Positions 51,885-64,000 of a stretch of 64,000 nucleotides of DNA are shown piece by piece. The notes beneath the pieces are model-generated. The model ran no database searches, was not told where the DNA came from, and saw only the letters and a program-made list of their open reading frames with translations. The stretch lies in assembly GCF_963921235.1 (NCBI RefSeq), contig NC_086100.1, positions 125,116,001 through 125,180,000 of the forward strand, given 5' to 3'. This DNA comes from Mobula hypostoma (taxonomy: Eukaryota). How positions within the stretch are numbered: the stretch's first letter is position 1; each line of letters starts with the position of its first letter. The translations under genes and the position numbers were made by a program.

Positions 51885-52285
51885 ACCCTGTAGGATTTGG
51901 AGGCTTGCATGTCTCAGTAACTCAGAGAGCTATGTTGGCTGGAGTCAGGGCTTTGTGCTTTGACTCTTGGCAGGATCACCCATGTCAAACAGCTCAAATA
52001 GTAGAGGCCAGAATGAGAGTGCTCCAAGGATCCTCCAGGTTCGGGGGTGTTCAGCTCAGGGCTAACAACCCCAATTGGTAAAACAAAACGGTTATGGAAA
52101 TAGCAAAGAAGAATCCTTCTATATCTGAGCATGACGGTGTTCCTGAGTCCCTACCCGAAAATTGTATGACTGACAGTAGTGAAAACCGGGCTAGTGTCAC
52201 GATGAAGGAAGCCCTGAACGCTGCCTGATATGAAGGACCTTCATTGCTGACCTAAATACCAGCAGCGTAGCAGACAGCAGGTATT
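51885..52285 (+). mobile_element. RTE-derived bipartite non-autonomous element
   Basis: RTE 5'UTR-like tcctccaggttcggggg..gggctaacaacccc joined to a short 3'-end-like segment. Confidence 0.55.
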
Positions 52286-52895
52286 CCCTAAAAGTCAAAT
52301 GAGAAACATCTGTTGGCCTCTTCTTTGCATGCTATTTTCTGGATTGTCACTCAATATCAAGGTCATTGGGTTTAGAAAGAGTAATGGATCCATATTCTGC
52401 CTTTTCTAAAATTGACAGCAAACTTAGATTGCCATTTCATTTATGTTATATATGAAATTTCTTCATAAACTAAGATGAATGCTCCTCTACTTTGTGGTCT
52501 AAATTATGGCTCTATATTTTTCTGTTTTCTTTGGAGTTCCCTTTCCTCTGGCTAAGGAAATAAATAGGCAGGGCTCATTTTAACCTCCTTTTTCCCCAAG
52601 AAATGTCTAACAGACTATTTTTCCTACTGCCAAGGTGAGGGATTTTGTGCTAAAGGATTTCCCAAGGGTCAAGGGGTCTTGGGCTGCAGTATATGCTTAC
52701 TCTTTTCAGATAGACTTCAGCTTAGCCAACCATAATTTACTACTGGTTACCAATTGAATCTGCTCTCAGTGCTAGAAGAGGCTGCTTAACACTCTGCTGC
52801 TGAGCACTGCTGGTTCATTTGACTAAAATAATCATTGGTAAGGATTGTAATCACAGCTTAAAGCCATGCCTAACTTTGTATGCTTGCTAATTCAG

Positions 52896-53021
52896 ATGAA
52901 CGAGCTACACTCCACTTGAAGAAGACATTTGATACATGTCAGAACACTACTGAGGGCTCTCCAGCAAGCAAGTCTACACAAACAATTGTCAGCATTTATT
53001 CTGAGAAGTTACGAACTATGA
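52896..53021 (+). CDS. Candidate exon (ERATLHLKKTFDTCQNTTEGSPASKSTQTIVSIYSEKLRTM)
   Basis: Branch-like ctaac, acceptor ctaattcag, donor gtgagt; 126 nt; phase 1-1. Confidence 0.3.
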
Positions 53022-53137
53022 GTGAGTGTTTTAGTACTGTACTGGAGACCAAACAGAAATGGGCACGAAAAAGTAAATAGATATGCATAACTTGTGAGCA
53101 TTAAGAATTTCTTAAGAGATCCAAATGACAAGAGCTT

Positions 53138-53800
53138 TCAGAATCAGGATCATGTAAACTATCACTGACACAAGTCATTAAATTTGTTATCTTGCAGCAG
53201 AAATATATAGAGCAAGACATAAAAATTACTACATTACTAAAATAAATAAATAGTGCAAAAGAAATAATGAGATAATGTTCATAGGTTTATGGGCTGTGCT
53301 ATGATGGAGGGGAAGAAACTATTCTTGAAACGTCGACTGTAGGTCTTCAAGCTCCTGGACCACCTCCCTACAGCCTCTGGTGGTGATGGTCTTTAATGAT
53401 GGATGTTACATTCTTGAGGCACCGTCCCTTGAAGATGTCCTCGGTGGTGGGAAGGTCTTGCCCGTGATGGAACTGGCTGTCTACAACTCTCAATCACCTC
53501 TTGTAATCCTGTGCATTGACTGTAATATAACCAGTCAGAATACTCTCCACTGTACATCTGTAGAAACTTGCAAGTCTTTGGTGATACATCAAATCACCTC
53601 AAATTCCTAATCAAAGAGAACTGCAGATGCACCTTCTTCATGATTGCATCAATGTGTTGGGTCCAGATTAGATCCCCTGAGATGGTGACCCTCAGGAACT
53701 TTAAGCTGTTTTTCCTTTCTGCTTCTAACCCCTCAATGACGATTGGAGAATGTTCTTCTTTAAGGTTCCTGTCTCCTGTAAGTTTGTTGTGCAACTGACA
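53138..53800 (-). mobile_element. Rex1 3' fragment
   Basis: LKFLRVTISGDLIWTQHIDAIMKK; cagaatcagg tail. Confidence 0.75.
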
Positions 53801-54076
53801 ATGAGAGACATGTTCATGAAGATCCAAAAGTACAAAGAGCAGAGAGATTATGCAATTATTGACCTGACACCAGTGATATTATTTTGGAATACAGAGTAGT
53901 TTTTGGTTATTTCTTCCAGTAATTTCTATATATGTACTAGAGTTCTGTTTTTCTATGTTGTTTGAAAATGCAAAACCTACACAGAGTGGTCTCACGTGTT
54001 GAAAGGTTTTTGCTGTGTTCAAGACATCTGTATCAATTTGCCGCTGCAGACATAGATGGATGCATTTCTCTTGCAG

Positions 54077-54141
54077 TACAACTGGGTCAATCGGAGAGGG
54101 TTTTTAAAGCAGTAAAGAATCACATTGTCAAAGATCTTATG
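54077..54141 (+). CDS. Candidate exon (QLGQSERVFKAVKNHIVKDLM)
   Basis: Acceptor catttctcttgcag; donor ATG|gtaaca; phase 1-0, compatible with 52896-53021. Confidence 0.25.
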
Positions 54142-54714
54142 GTAACATGGACAATAGCACATGAGGCTCCTTGCAGGACATACTTAACGTTTAATAGCTT
54201 GCCTTTCACACTGTCGAGTTCGGTAATTTATCATGTTTCAAGAAAGGCAACTATATCTCATTATGCTAAAGTCCAGTAGTTGGTTTTTCACTTAGACTGT
54301 ATATTTTCCAATAAAAATGAACTATTTTACAGGCATTCTGCATTAATACTGTCCTGTACTGGAAGTTAAAAAGACTTCCCTCCTTCAGCCTCCAAGTGGA
54401 ACGCAACCATTCAGATCAACACCAGACACTTAGGGAAAAGTCTTTGCGGCATTCCACAGTGTCAGCTGGATTTAAGATGTTGAGACAAATGAAAAGATGG
54501 TCAGTGAGCAATAATGCTATCCAGTAATATGACAGATGATCCCAGGATGTAATCTATACCTATGCGTATACATGCATAGCTTGCATAAAATGAAAGACAT
54601 GAAGCCAGACAAAATGGGATAGAACAAAACACTGACAATTGATGCGATGCTTTTGGCATTAGAAATGATGTGAAAGATGCTGGAGTATGCAGCAATACAA
54701 GTGTGTGCTGCTAT

Positions 54715-55349
54715 TGTACGGGGTTTCTTCTTTGTTATGTTAAATTTTAAATGGCTTCTTTGTTATGTTAATCTTTTAAACTGCTGCGTATGTGGATTAA
54801 AATGGCTTCTATATTATGTTAAATGCTGAGAAAGTCTCTAGCTAGAATTTTGCTTGGGTTATAACAGATAGCAGAGGTACTATCAGCCAATGGGTGTCCA
54901 TGTTATTCTTTCTTGGGATGATATGCTGTCTCCTATGACTGGGAACCAGGGGGTTTTGGCGGGGAGTTGGAGGAGAGACTGTGAGGATGACGGACGTGCG
55001 GGGAAAGCTCAGGTCAATCACTCCGGGTGGTCTTGAGCCGCAAGTCGCCGGGGCCAGAGGGGTCCCAAAGAAGTTCCTGAGCTCCAACGTGTGCACGAAG
55101 AGTTTGAACTTTGATAAGTCTGGCGCCTTTTCCATTCCCTTTTTTGTATTGAACTTATATTAATTTCATAGACTTAGTAATATCTATAAAGTGTAATTGG
55201 TGAAACGTGCAGTGTGTGCTGGCTGATGATTGATGTTTGAAGCTGAGTTCGGTGGCAGTTGTACAGCAACCGACACAACCGAGAGACCAGGCGGACGGCG
55301 GATGGGGTTTCCCCTAGATATATACGAGCCAATATAGCTGAGTGTTACA
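54715..55349 (+). mobile_element. Solo LTR (Gypsy-type)
   Basis: TGTA...TACA ends; 4-bp TSD ctat (54711-54714, 55350-55353). Confidence 0.88.
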
Positions 55350-55374
55350 CTATTATATGGTGTTATTCCTCGAC

Positions 55375-55540
55375 GGTGGTTGGGATTCTAAATTCTGAAA
55401 TCCTAGAATTCCTTACCATCAATTCTATGGGAGTATGTTCATCAGAAGAATTTCAGCAGTTTAAAAAGTAGTTCATTGCCACCTTCTATAGGTCAATTGG
55501 TGATTAGCAATAAATGCTGGCAGCAGCATGCAGATGTCAA
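55375..55540 (+). mobile_element. Old CR1-like 3' end
   Basis: cagcagtttaaaaag..gccaccttct..gcaataaatgctggc. Confidence 0.55.
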
Positions 55541-55857
55541 AATTAATTTTTAAAAATGTGATGGCTTACAATATGCTACATTATATTTCTATTTTGAGAC
55601 CACAACCCTTGCCACCAGCTATGAAACATTCAACTGAGAAGCAAGAGAAGGAAAGAAAGAGAAGAGAATTAAGGGGAAGGAGGAAGGCAACACAAACTGC
55701 CTGACTTTCCAAAATGAACTCTTATGTAATGGCATCCACAACTTTCCATTCACCAAGAACTCAGCACCTCACCCTCACGGACCATCTCAGAGTCCTCTTC
55801 CCACAAAAGGAAATAAAAGGCACTGTAAAATATTCCAAACTAAATGTGCATTAAACA

Positions 55858-55942
55858 ATCAATACTGTGTGCAAAGGCAAGTAAATGAAAACATTAGGGG
55901 AAGGCATAAGAATAATTGGTTGATTTTGCACACAGTATTGAT
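55858..55942. repeat. Perfect 18-bp inverted repeat with a 49-nt spacer
   Basis: atcaatactgtgtgcaaa / tttgcacacagtattgat. Confidence 0.9.
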
Positions 55943-56679
55943 GATCTGGTGTTTCTGTGTAATGCTAATGCCATGGTTCCAGTGGAGTGAATTAAAGATG
56001 TTCTTGTAGGATGCCCTCAAGCAGCTGTAAGCCTAAAGGACCCAGCAATGGATTACAACATGCCAAGTCATGCTGGGATACTTCTAAGTAACTGGTGCTT
56101 CACTTGTTGATAAATCAGTATGAAGCATCGGAGATTGTGAGTAATGTTTGTGAAGCATGGAACACCTTTATGGTTCCATGAGAGCCAATGTTTAGTTAAA
56201 CGGTGCATACTTTACATGAAATGTGAAATGTGTTTAGGTGATGAAATCTTGCATAAAGCATTCATATCAAATTGGCACATTTTTAACCACTAAAGTGCAC
56301 CCAAGGTGAACATGGCTGAGACTTCCTTGTAACCCCATCCCTCATCTACGTCATTAGATGGTCCAGGTTGTTCTCCTCCTCTTTGGAAGAGAACACACCT
56401 CTTCAACAGCACCTTCCACCCAAGGATCTCCAGTGCTGCTTATAGGATCCTGATATATGCTGGTATGTGTCACAGTGAAATAAAAAATGTACACCACACA
56501 TTCAGTGGAGTTGCAAGGGAAAAGTCTATGTATGATGTTCCAGAGAAATTGTAGAAACTACTTGAGTATAAAGTGATCATGTTACCACTCTATAGCCCCC
56601 AAACACATTTATCTACCTCAAAAGAACTGTAGGTCAGCTTTTCGAACTACACTTCTAAGCTGTGGAATTCAATACCTAT

Positions 56680-57400
56680 CTGTAATAATGGATCGATTCT
56701 AATATAATTTGTAGGACTCTAACTCTAAAACTGGATCAGGGTTGTATTTGTAGTCGGGTATGGTGTCTTTTTAATGAGTTTGTATTTTAAAACAAGATTT
56801 TGGTCAATGAGGTTTGCCACTTGATTGTGCTAGTGTAAGTAATCAGATTGAGTTAAACGTCTGGAGGATCCTGTAGTGTATTGGATTGTTTCTGGTTTTT
56901 CTTGGTATTTTCTGCATTTATCGTCTTGAATTTGTTGGTCTTTTGTTATGTATTTTTAATTTTTGTGTGTTCACCACTTGGTCCTGTATGCCACAAGGAA
57001 CCTCCATGTTTCTAGGAAGAGGTCTCCATCTCTGAGCCAGGCATTCAACGCTTCCTTGTCAACACCTAGTCTGCTCGGTTCATGGGGATGGTTTCCATTG
57101 GTTAACCTTTCTTCAGTTTTCTGGGTTGAGCTTTCATTTATGTTTAGTGTTGTGTACCTCTTATCGGAATTGCATATGTTCATGTGGAGTGCTGAATTTT
57201 GTTTTCATTGATGAAAATATATCCTTAGCAGTTTTATCTGGCTGTTATGTAATTTTTTATGTCTGTTATTCCTCTTCCTCCTTCTGTTCTAGGTATTGTT
57301 AATCTAAGTGCATTTGAGTGCACAGTATATATAGTGCTTTCTAAAAATATGCCTTTTCATTTCTTATATTTTTCTTCCTAAATTTTCCAGATCAGTTTCA
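56680..57400 (-). mobile_element. R4/Dong (RLE-type) non-LTR fragment
   Basis: VDKEALNAWLRDGDLFLET..FLVA-IQDQVVNT..DKCRKYQEKPETIQY..YLH*HNQVA. Confidence 0.8.
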
Positions 57401-57727
57401 TACCAAGATACTATGACAAACTAATATGTTAATATGGGTGTAGTGAAATTATTATTATTGTTATAATTATTACTAATCATGTAATCCGTAATTAGCTGCA
57501 TAACTGCAAGTTAAAACCAAGCACCTAAACAATGGTGTCTTATTAATTCACCAGCAACTTAGTGCCCTCTTTTGCTTTCACCAAAATGATCCACCTCAAT
57601 TGTTATTCTGCATCTTTGCTAGCTGCACAGTTGTATGTGAAAACTCTCTGACATAGTGGCTATAAATTAGGAGTATACTGCTGAGCAGCACAGAGCCTCA
57701 CTGCACTAACTTTCTGCGACAACTTAC

Positions 57728-57852
57728 CGCCAATTTGCTACATTGTTGGATGTACCATAGCTGAATTTTTGATCTGTCACACTCAAAGATTGTATTAATT
57801 TACACTCTGCAGACTGCATATTTGTATAACTACTGCTCCCCCTGTTTGCAAG
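57728..57852 (-). CDS. Candidate host exon (LANRGSSSYTNMQSAECKLIQSLSVTDQKFSYGTSNNVANWR)
   Basis: Strong acceptor ttttcccttgcttggtcttttcag; donor GCG|gtaagt; 125 nt; only frame 0 open. Confidence 0.55.
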
Positions 57853-58757
57853 CTGAAAAGACCAAGCAAGGGAAAATGTGGATTGTTTAGTTGCTTGAAA
57901 CATTTCCATCATCACTACTGATTACAGAACTATGCAGCAGGCTACCATTATGCCAAAAATGATCTGCCTCCCTTTGCACTAGTTCTGGCAGCGAACCTCA
58001 ATTTATATTTGCTTCACAAACCTTCCAACAAATATTTCACATATTCAGTTTGCACTATAACCTCAGACACTCTTTACAAAACACAAACATTTTAAAACAA
58101 TGAATAACCAAAAGATTTTGATACTCGGTAATACACTTTACAATAACAAAACTTGATTTTATAACAACTGAACACATTTGAGATGGCGTTTGAACAAGCA
58201 GTCATGGAAAATGAAACCACTGCCACCTCGCTGATTTTGGGATCTCTAGCAGTGTCAGGAAAGATTTAACGGAAATTCTCGCCAAAAATATTACAAACAG
58301 TTTAGTTGAAATTAATCAAGAAATATAGATAATTGGATGTTGAAATAAAATTCAGAACCAGTAACGGAGTCTGTGCCCTATAAAAGCGAAAAGGCACACT
58401 GGTCTCACTAGATGTAATTTTCTGGCAATTTGAACTCCTATCTGCTGTCCATGTGCCAGAAAGCAATGAGCATCTGCTGACTACCCATTGCGCATTAGGA
58501 ACATTTCAGATTTCTTGGCATTGAAAGGATGAGCACTAAATCATTGCAGGAAAATAACTGAAGGCAGACAATGGTTTCCCATTCAAAAACACAGGGATCT
58601 CAACTATGTAACCAGGGCAGTCATTTAGAACATGGAAGATAGAATATTGTAGGACAATACAGGCCCTTTAGTCCACGGCGTTGTGCCAAGATTTAACATA
58701 CTCTAGGATCAATCTAGCCCTTCCCTCCTACATAGTGTTCATTTGCCTATTATCCAA

Positions 58758-60045
58758 ACTTCAAAGTTCAAAGTAAATTTAGTATCATACGTCACCATAT
58801 ACTGTACAACACTGAGGTTCATTTTCTTCTGGGTATGCTCAATAAATCCAATAATCATAATAGAGTCAATGAAAGACAGCACTAATAGGACAGTCAGCCG
58901 GTATACAAAAGACAACAAACTGTGTAAATACAGAAAGAATGAATAAATGAATAAATAAATAAATAAATAAATAAATAAGCAAGCAAGCAATAAATATTGA
59001 GAACATGAGATGAAGAGTTCTTGAAAGTGAGTCCATAGTTTATGGGAACAGTTCAGTGATGGGGCGTGAAGTTAAGAGAAGTAACACCTTCTGGTTCAGG
59101 AGTTTGATGGTTGAGGGATAACATTTCTGAACCTGGCGGTGTGAGTACTGAGGGTCCTGTACCTTCTTCCTGATGGCAGCAGTGAAAAGAAAGCATGGTC
59201 TGAGGGGTAGAGGTTCCTGATTATGGATGCTGCTTTCCTGCAACAACGCTCCATGTAGATGTGCTCAATGGTGGCTTCGCCCAGGGTGAGTGGGCCATAC
59301 CCACTACTTTTTGTAGGAGTTTCCGTTCAAGGGCATCGAAGGGGGTTTCCATACCGGGCTGTGATGCAGTCAGTCAATATAGTCTGCACCACACATCTAT
59401 AGAAGTTAGTCAAAGTTATAGATGTCATGAAGGACAGCCAAGTGATCAGACTTTCCGAAGTGCAGTCTGGGCATGGAACGATAGGCATTCCTTATCTTAG
59501 TATAGTAATGGTCTAGTGTGTTGGGACCTCTGGTGCTACAAGTTATATGCTGATGGTAACTGGACAGGGGTTTTTTTTCAAATAAGCCTGGTTGAAGTCC
59601 CCGACTATGATTTGAAATACATTGGGATGGACTGTTTCTTGAATGGAGACAGCATCATGCAGTATACCAAGTACCTGATTACTATCAATCGATGCTGGTA
59701 TGTAAACTGTGGTCAGGGTCACAGAGGAGAACTCTCTTGATACAGTAAATAGAACAGTAGGCATTTGTTCATTAGCTGTTCAAAGTTAGGGGGACAAAAG
59801 TACGACCAAACCGCCACTCCGGAGCACCACGGAGAGTTTGTCAGAATCACACATCTACACCTTTTGTCTTTTCCAAATCAGCAGTTTGCTCCACCCTGTG
59901 CATTGAGACACTTACTGCCTGAATAAGCCATGTCTCGGTAAAACACAGAACAGAACAATATCTTATTTCCCCTCAATACAGGTATATTTAAAAGTATTGG
60001 ACATAGCACTCAGAATGTTGCCATGGTTCAGTGGTGCCACCTTGC
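58758..60045 (-). mobile_element. Internally deleted Rex1
   Basis: (aagttc)n tail; REFSSVTLTTVYIP..IIVGDFNQA; (taaa)n at 58940-58978. Confidence 0.8.
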
Positions 60046-60393
60046 AATGACCATGTGCCTATCTAAGAGTTTCTTAAGTGTCTCTAATGTATCTGCTTCC
60101 ACCACTGCCCCTAGCAGTATGTTCCAGGCATCCACCAGTCTCTGTTTAAAGAGATTAACTCTAACATTCTCCTATATCTTCCTCCAATCACCTTAAAATT
60201 ATGTCCTCCTGTATTAGGTATTTCTGCCCTAGGAAGAAGTCTCTAGCTACCCACTCGATCTATGCCTCTTATCATCTTGTACACCTCTATCAAGTCACCT
60301 TTCACCCTCACTGGTTCCAAAGAGAAAAGCCTGCCTACCCATCACTCTAGCCATCCTCATAAGACATGGTCATCACTGTTTTTGCTCTCTCTT

Positions 60394-60909
60394 TCTGCAC
60401 AGTACTGTGTTTGTCAACGTGGGGCGGAGAGTGAGTTTGTAAATCTGGCGTGAGCAAAGGACGTTGGAAGTAGTGAGGGTGGAATGCCGCAGGAGGGATG
60501 TGACTCAAGTGGCAGAGAAGGAGTGTCAGGGCAGAGGGTAGCGCAGATACACCCAGCCCTGAGACACCAGGCAAGGTCACTTGGTTCCAAACAATTGGTT
60601 TATTGATCATTACAGAATGTCTCCCTGTTGCTTCCCACTCCCTCCCCATTTCCCAACCAAGATTCCACCCCCCTGCTCCCTTCCCACTCTCAGTTCACAA
60701 TAGAGACCCATATCAGAATCAGATTTATCATCACTTGAAATTTTGTTTTTTTTGCAGTAGCAGTACAGTGCAATATGTAAAATTACTACAGTACTGTGCA
60801 AGAGTCTTAGGCACCTTAGCAATACATTCTCATAGTATACAAAATATACTATAAATTATAAGAAATATATATATATGTACATATATATATATATGTGCCT
60901 AAAGTACTG
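60394..60909. mobile_element. Tc1-like composite MITE carrying a Rex1 tail
   Basis: tgcacagtactg near 60396-60407; cagtactgtgcaagagtcttaggcac 60789-60814; gtgcctaaagtactg 60895-60909. Confidence 0.55.
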
Positions 60910-60910
60910 T

Positions 60911-61878
60911 TGTCATAAGGGGGTGGCTGGGAACGGACCCAAGTGCAAGACACAGACACTGAAGTACTAGGGACAGGACTAGGATACGGGGTGATGGCAA
61001 GGACATAGACAAGAAAACCGGGAACCCGGAACAGGACTGGACAAGAGAGCTAGGAGCCCGGGCTTGAGGCAAGGCTTGAGACTAGAGGCTTGAGGCTTGG
61101 GGTCTTGAAGCTTGGTTGGGGCGAGGCTCGAGGTTTGGGGTCTTGAAGCTCCTGCTGGGCAGGGCGTGGATCACCTGGGCAGGGCGTGGATCACTTGGGC
61201 AGGGTGCGGATCACCTGGGCAGGGCGCGGCACCCCACCCGATGGAGGCAAGGGACAGAACCAACCACAGGGTAACAGCAATACGGTCTGGCTTACACAAC
61301 GGAGGCAAGGGACAGGAAGGGACAGAACCAACCGTAGGTAATGGCAAGACGGTCTGGCTTACTCGACGGAAGCAAGGGACAGGAAGGGACAGAACCAACC
61401 GTAGGTAACAGCAAGACGGTCTGACTTACCCGACAGAGGCAAGGGACAGGAAGGGACAGGACCAACTGCAGGGTAACAGCAAGACGGCCTGACTTACTCG
61501 GTGGAGGCAAGGGACAGGAAGGGAGCTAGGTACAGGGTGGCTCCACTACAAGACTTCAGGCGAGACTCGGCGAGAGTTACCGGCAAGACAAGGCAAGGCT
61601 TCAGGCAATGCAAGGCGAGACAAGAACTTCAGGCGAGGTGAGGCGAGAGTTACCGGCAAGACCAGGCAAGGCTTCAGGCAAGGAAACAGAAGGCAGGGGA
61701 AGGGATACAAGGAGTAAGGACAAGAACAATCCAGCAGCCATGCCCTGGTCTCTGAAGGTATTTATGCAGCCAGCTCCAACGAGAATCAGTTGCCTCAATT
61801 AGTGCTCAACAGGAACAGAAACAGGGTAGACAGGAAAACCTGGAGCAAGGGTCGATGCGGACTTCACGGACCAGACCT
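60911..61878 (-). mobile_element. Gypsy-type LTR-like element with internal minisatellites
   Basis: Starts tgtcat; 20-bp repeat about x3.5 (61154-61228); about 63-bp repeat x4-5 (61243-61520); far end not resolved. Confidence 0.6.
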
Positions 61879-62639
61879 GGTGCAAAATAGCAAATTTGAC
61901 AACATACTGTATGTCAGTGATAATAAAGCTGATTCTGATTCCGATTCTGGCATGGTCACCGTTACAACCTTCTCTGCATCCTCTCCAAAGCTTGCACATC
62001 CTTCCTACAATGAGGCGACCAGAACTGAACACAATATCCCAAGTGTGCTCTAACAAAGATTTTATAGAGCTGCAATTTTACCTTATAACTAACAAAAGCC
62101 AACGCACCATACACCTTCTTAACAACCCTATCAACTCTGTGGGATCCATGGACGTGGATCCCAAGACCTCTCTGCTCCATAACTCTGCCTAGAATTTTAC
62201 CATTAACCCTTCATTTTGCCTTCAAAATCAACTTTCCACAGTGAATCACTTCACACTTTTCTGGGTTGGACTCCATCTGTCACTTCTCAGTGTCCTGTCA
62301 ATCTCCCATTGTAACCTACAACAATCTTCCACACTATCCACAAACTCCACCACCTTCATGTCATTCTATTATTACTGCTGAGATGGCGAAGGGTTGTGTA
62401 ATAAATTTTATACACATATAGTGCACCAGTTTCAGCCCCTTCCAGTTCTTCACCAGGACTCTGATATCTTGAACTCCTTGCTGAGCCAGGCTTTAGCATC
62501 AAATTTCCTTGTACTCCCAAACAAAGACATCCTTAGATAAACAGATTAATAGCAAATCAGATGGATTGTACGTTTTTCCAAGTATCAGAAACACAGAGCT
62601 ATATCTAGATAATTTTAAAACAGGTTAATAAACTGAGTT

Positions 62640-63770
62640 TGAATTGGTCCTTGGAGGATACCACTACAAAACAGCTAGTCGACTTTGCACCATCATTCTT
62701 CCTGTCATACAGTCAGTTCTGTATTCAAAACACCATTTTCCTATTAACTTCATTAGATTCCATCTTAAACTTCCTATCAGGTATATTTGTTGAATTCTAA
62801 TATACATCAATGTACTTTATTCTGCACCTCCCCAATCAATGCTTTCCACCAAGGACTTTAATCAGATATGTTTTCATATTCATGCTACTTTCCTCAAATA
62901 ACTCATGCCTTTTCAATAACTTGCTCAGTCCCTAATAGTGATCCCCAATCATTGATGTTTTGTTGACTGGCCTGTGGCTTCTAGGTTAATCCCATTCCCC
63001 TTTCTTAAACTATTTTGGAATGTAAGCAACCCTGTGCTCCTCTGGCAAAACTATTTTATCCAATGAATAACTAATAACCTTTGCTTTTTCTATTTTTGCT
63101 TATTTTTGGTCACCTAAGACGTACTTTATCTTGGCCAACATTTCAATATTCAAATTTATTTACCATGCATACGCCGAAACATAGAGAAATGTGTTTTTCT
63201 ATTACTAACCTGTTCAAATATTATCTCCTCTTAGTATAACCTTCCCATCATCTGCTTCTTTTACAAAATATTACTGTAACTTTAATACATCTTCTACTGG
63301 CACATGATGAATTTCTTTTGGCGTTAATAGACCCATTGGTTTTCTTGGCTAGCTTCTTTCACTTTACAGTTGGTGTTCAATTTAACTCAGTCTGTTAATC
63401 TGTACTCAAAATCTTTTTCACTTCTTCTATTAAACATTTCCAAACCTTCCTAAACATTCCATAATCTTCCTGGATATTAGTTGAATCTTGTTCCTGACAT
63501 TTTTCATAAGCCTTATTTTGTCAATTTTATTTAACCATTTATCACCTTGGTAATCCAGTTTCATACCTTCCACTTTCTATCTGAATTACCTCTTCCCTGA
63601 ATTTCTTCCTTTACTGATTTTTTTATACTGTAAAAACCTTTAAAAATCTCACTATGCCGAGCTCCTCTTAACTCATTAAAATTAGTTATTCTTCCATTAA
63701 GCATTTTTGTCTTTGTTATTTTTAATTATGTTGTGAATACTGTAACGTAGATATCCTGCTGAAATTTACT
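62640..63770 (-). mobile_element. Very old CR1 ORF2 remnant
   Basis: Reverse-complement GVSSKDQF (GVPQG-like) and NLEATGQS (NYRPVS-like) relics. Confidence 0.45.
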
Positions 63771-63784
63771 CTTGTTCAGCCCTT

Positions 63785-64000
63785 TATCTCCATCTATCTA
63801 TCACCTCCAACTTTCTTGCTTCATCAATGCCCCCAACCACCCATCTCCACTTCACCTAGATTCACCAATCAGCTTCCAGTTTGAATTCCTTCCCCTCCCC
63901 CACATTCTTATTCGGGCTTCTACTCCCCGCTTCCTTTCCAGTCTCAGTGAAAGGTTTCACCCGAAACGTCAACCGTTTATTCTCCTCCATAGATGCTGCC
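63785..64000 (+). mobile_element. PLE pLTR running off the window edge, with a degenerate hammerhead at 63940-63974
   Basis: ccagtctcagtgaaaggtttcacccgaaacgtcaacc..atagatgctgcc. Confidence 0.75.

Larger units (their letters stand above)
58628..62365 (-). mobile_element. One CR1 3' copy in three pieces (58628-58756, 60050-60372, 61960-62365)
   Basis: Tail sequence resumes after each insertion; LQLYKIFVRAHLGYCVQFWSP. Confidence 0.7.

Noticed and set aside
52701-52822. Segment bounded by splice-like sites on both strands
   Set aside because: All frames tested contain stops; no support as a coding exon
53962-54279. 105-aa ORF as a single-exon gene
   Set aside because: No recognisable domain, and the track start is TTG; only an internal splice-bounded part is kept as a weak candidate
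58378-58386. Consensus TATA box ctataaaag
   Set aside because: No CpG island or downstream gene structure; expected by chance in 64 kb
61243-61520. Regularly spaced repeats resembling a CRISPR array
   Set aside because: Whole units repeat with no unique spacers, there are no cas genes, and the context is eukaryotic; this is a minisatellite

Overview
This is eukaryotic, repeat-dense DNA, not prokaryotic. The repeat families (HE1/V-SINE, a DeuSINE, many CR1 and Rex1 LINEs, Penelope elements) point to a cartilaginous fish, probably a ray; this is an inference. Most of the window, roughly three quarters by eye, is nested and decayed transposons: CR1 (one near full length, with a zinc-finger/esterase ORF1), Rex1/Babar, L2, RTE, Tx1, R4/Dong, Penelope-like elements (PLE), Gypsy-type LTRs and an integrase fossil, and Tigger, mariner, hAT and Tc1 non-autonomous elements. 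Almost every ORF in the supplied track is a TE fragment or its antisense shadow. The most notable signal is a PLE-borne minimal type I hammerhead ribozyme (AGUC-CUGACGA-stemII-GAAA-CG-UC-GACU, with a palindromic ACGU helix III implying dimeric cleavage). It occurs in both terminal repeats of a 3.96-kb PLE and in short fold-back PLE insertions; one copy (21298-21333) is intact. This ribozyme class is already known, so I do not claim a wholly new system. Several short splice-site-bounded open segments suggest the window is mostly intron of an unidentified minus-strand host gene. Boundaries of old fragments are approximate (tens of bp); all calls come from motif reading without database searches.
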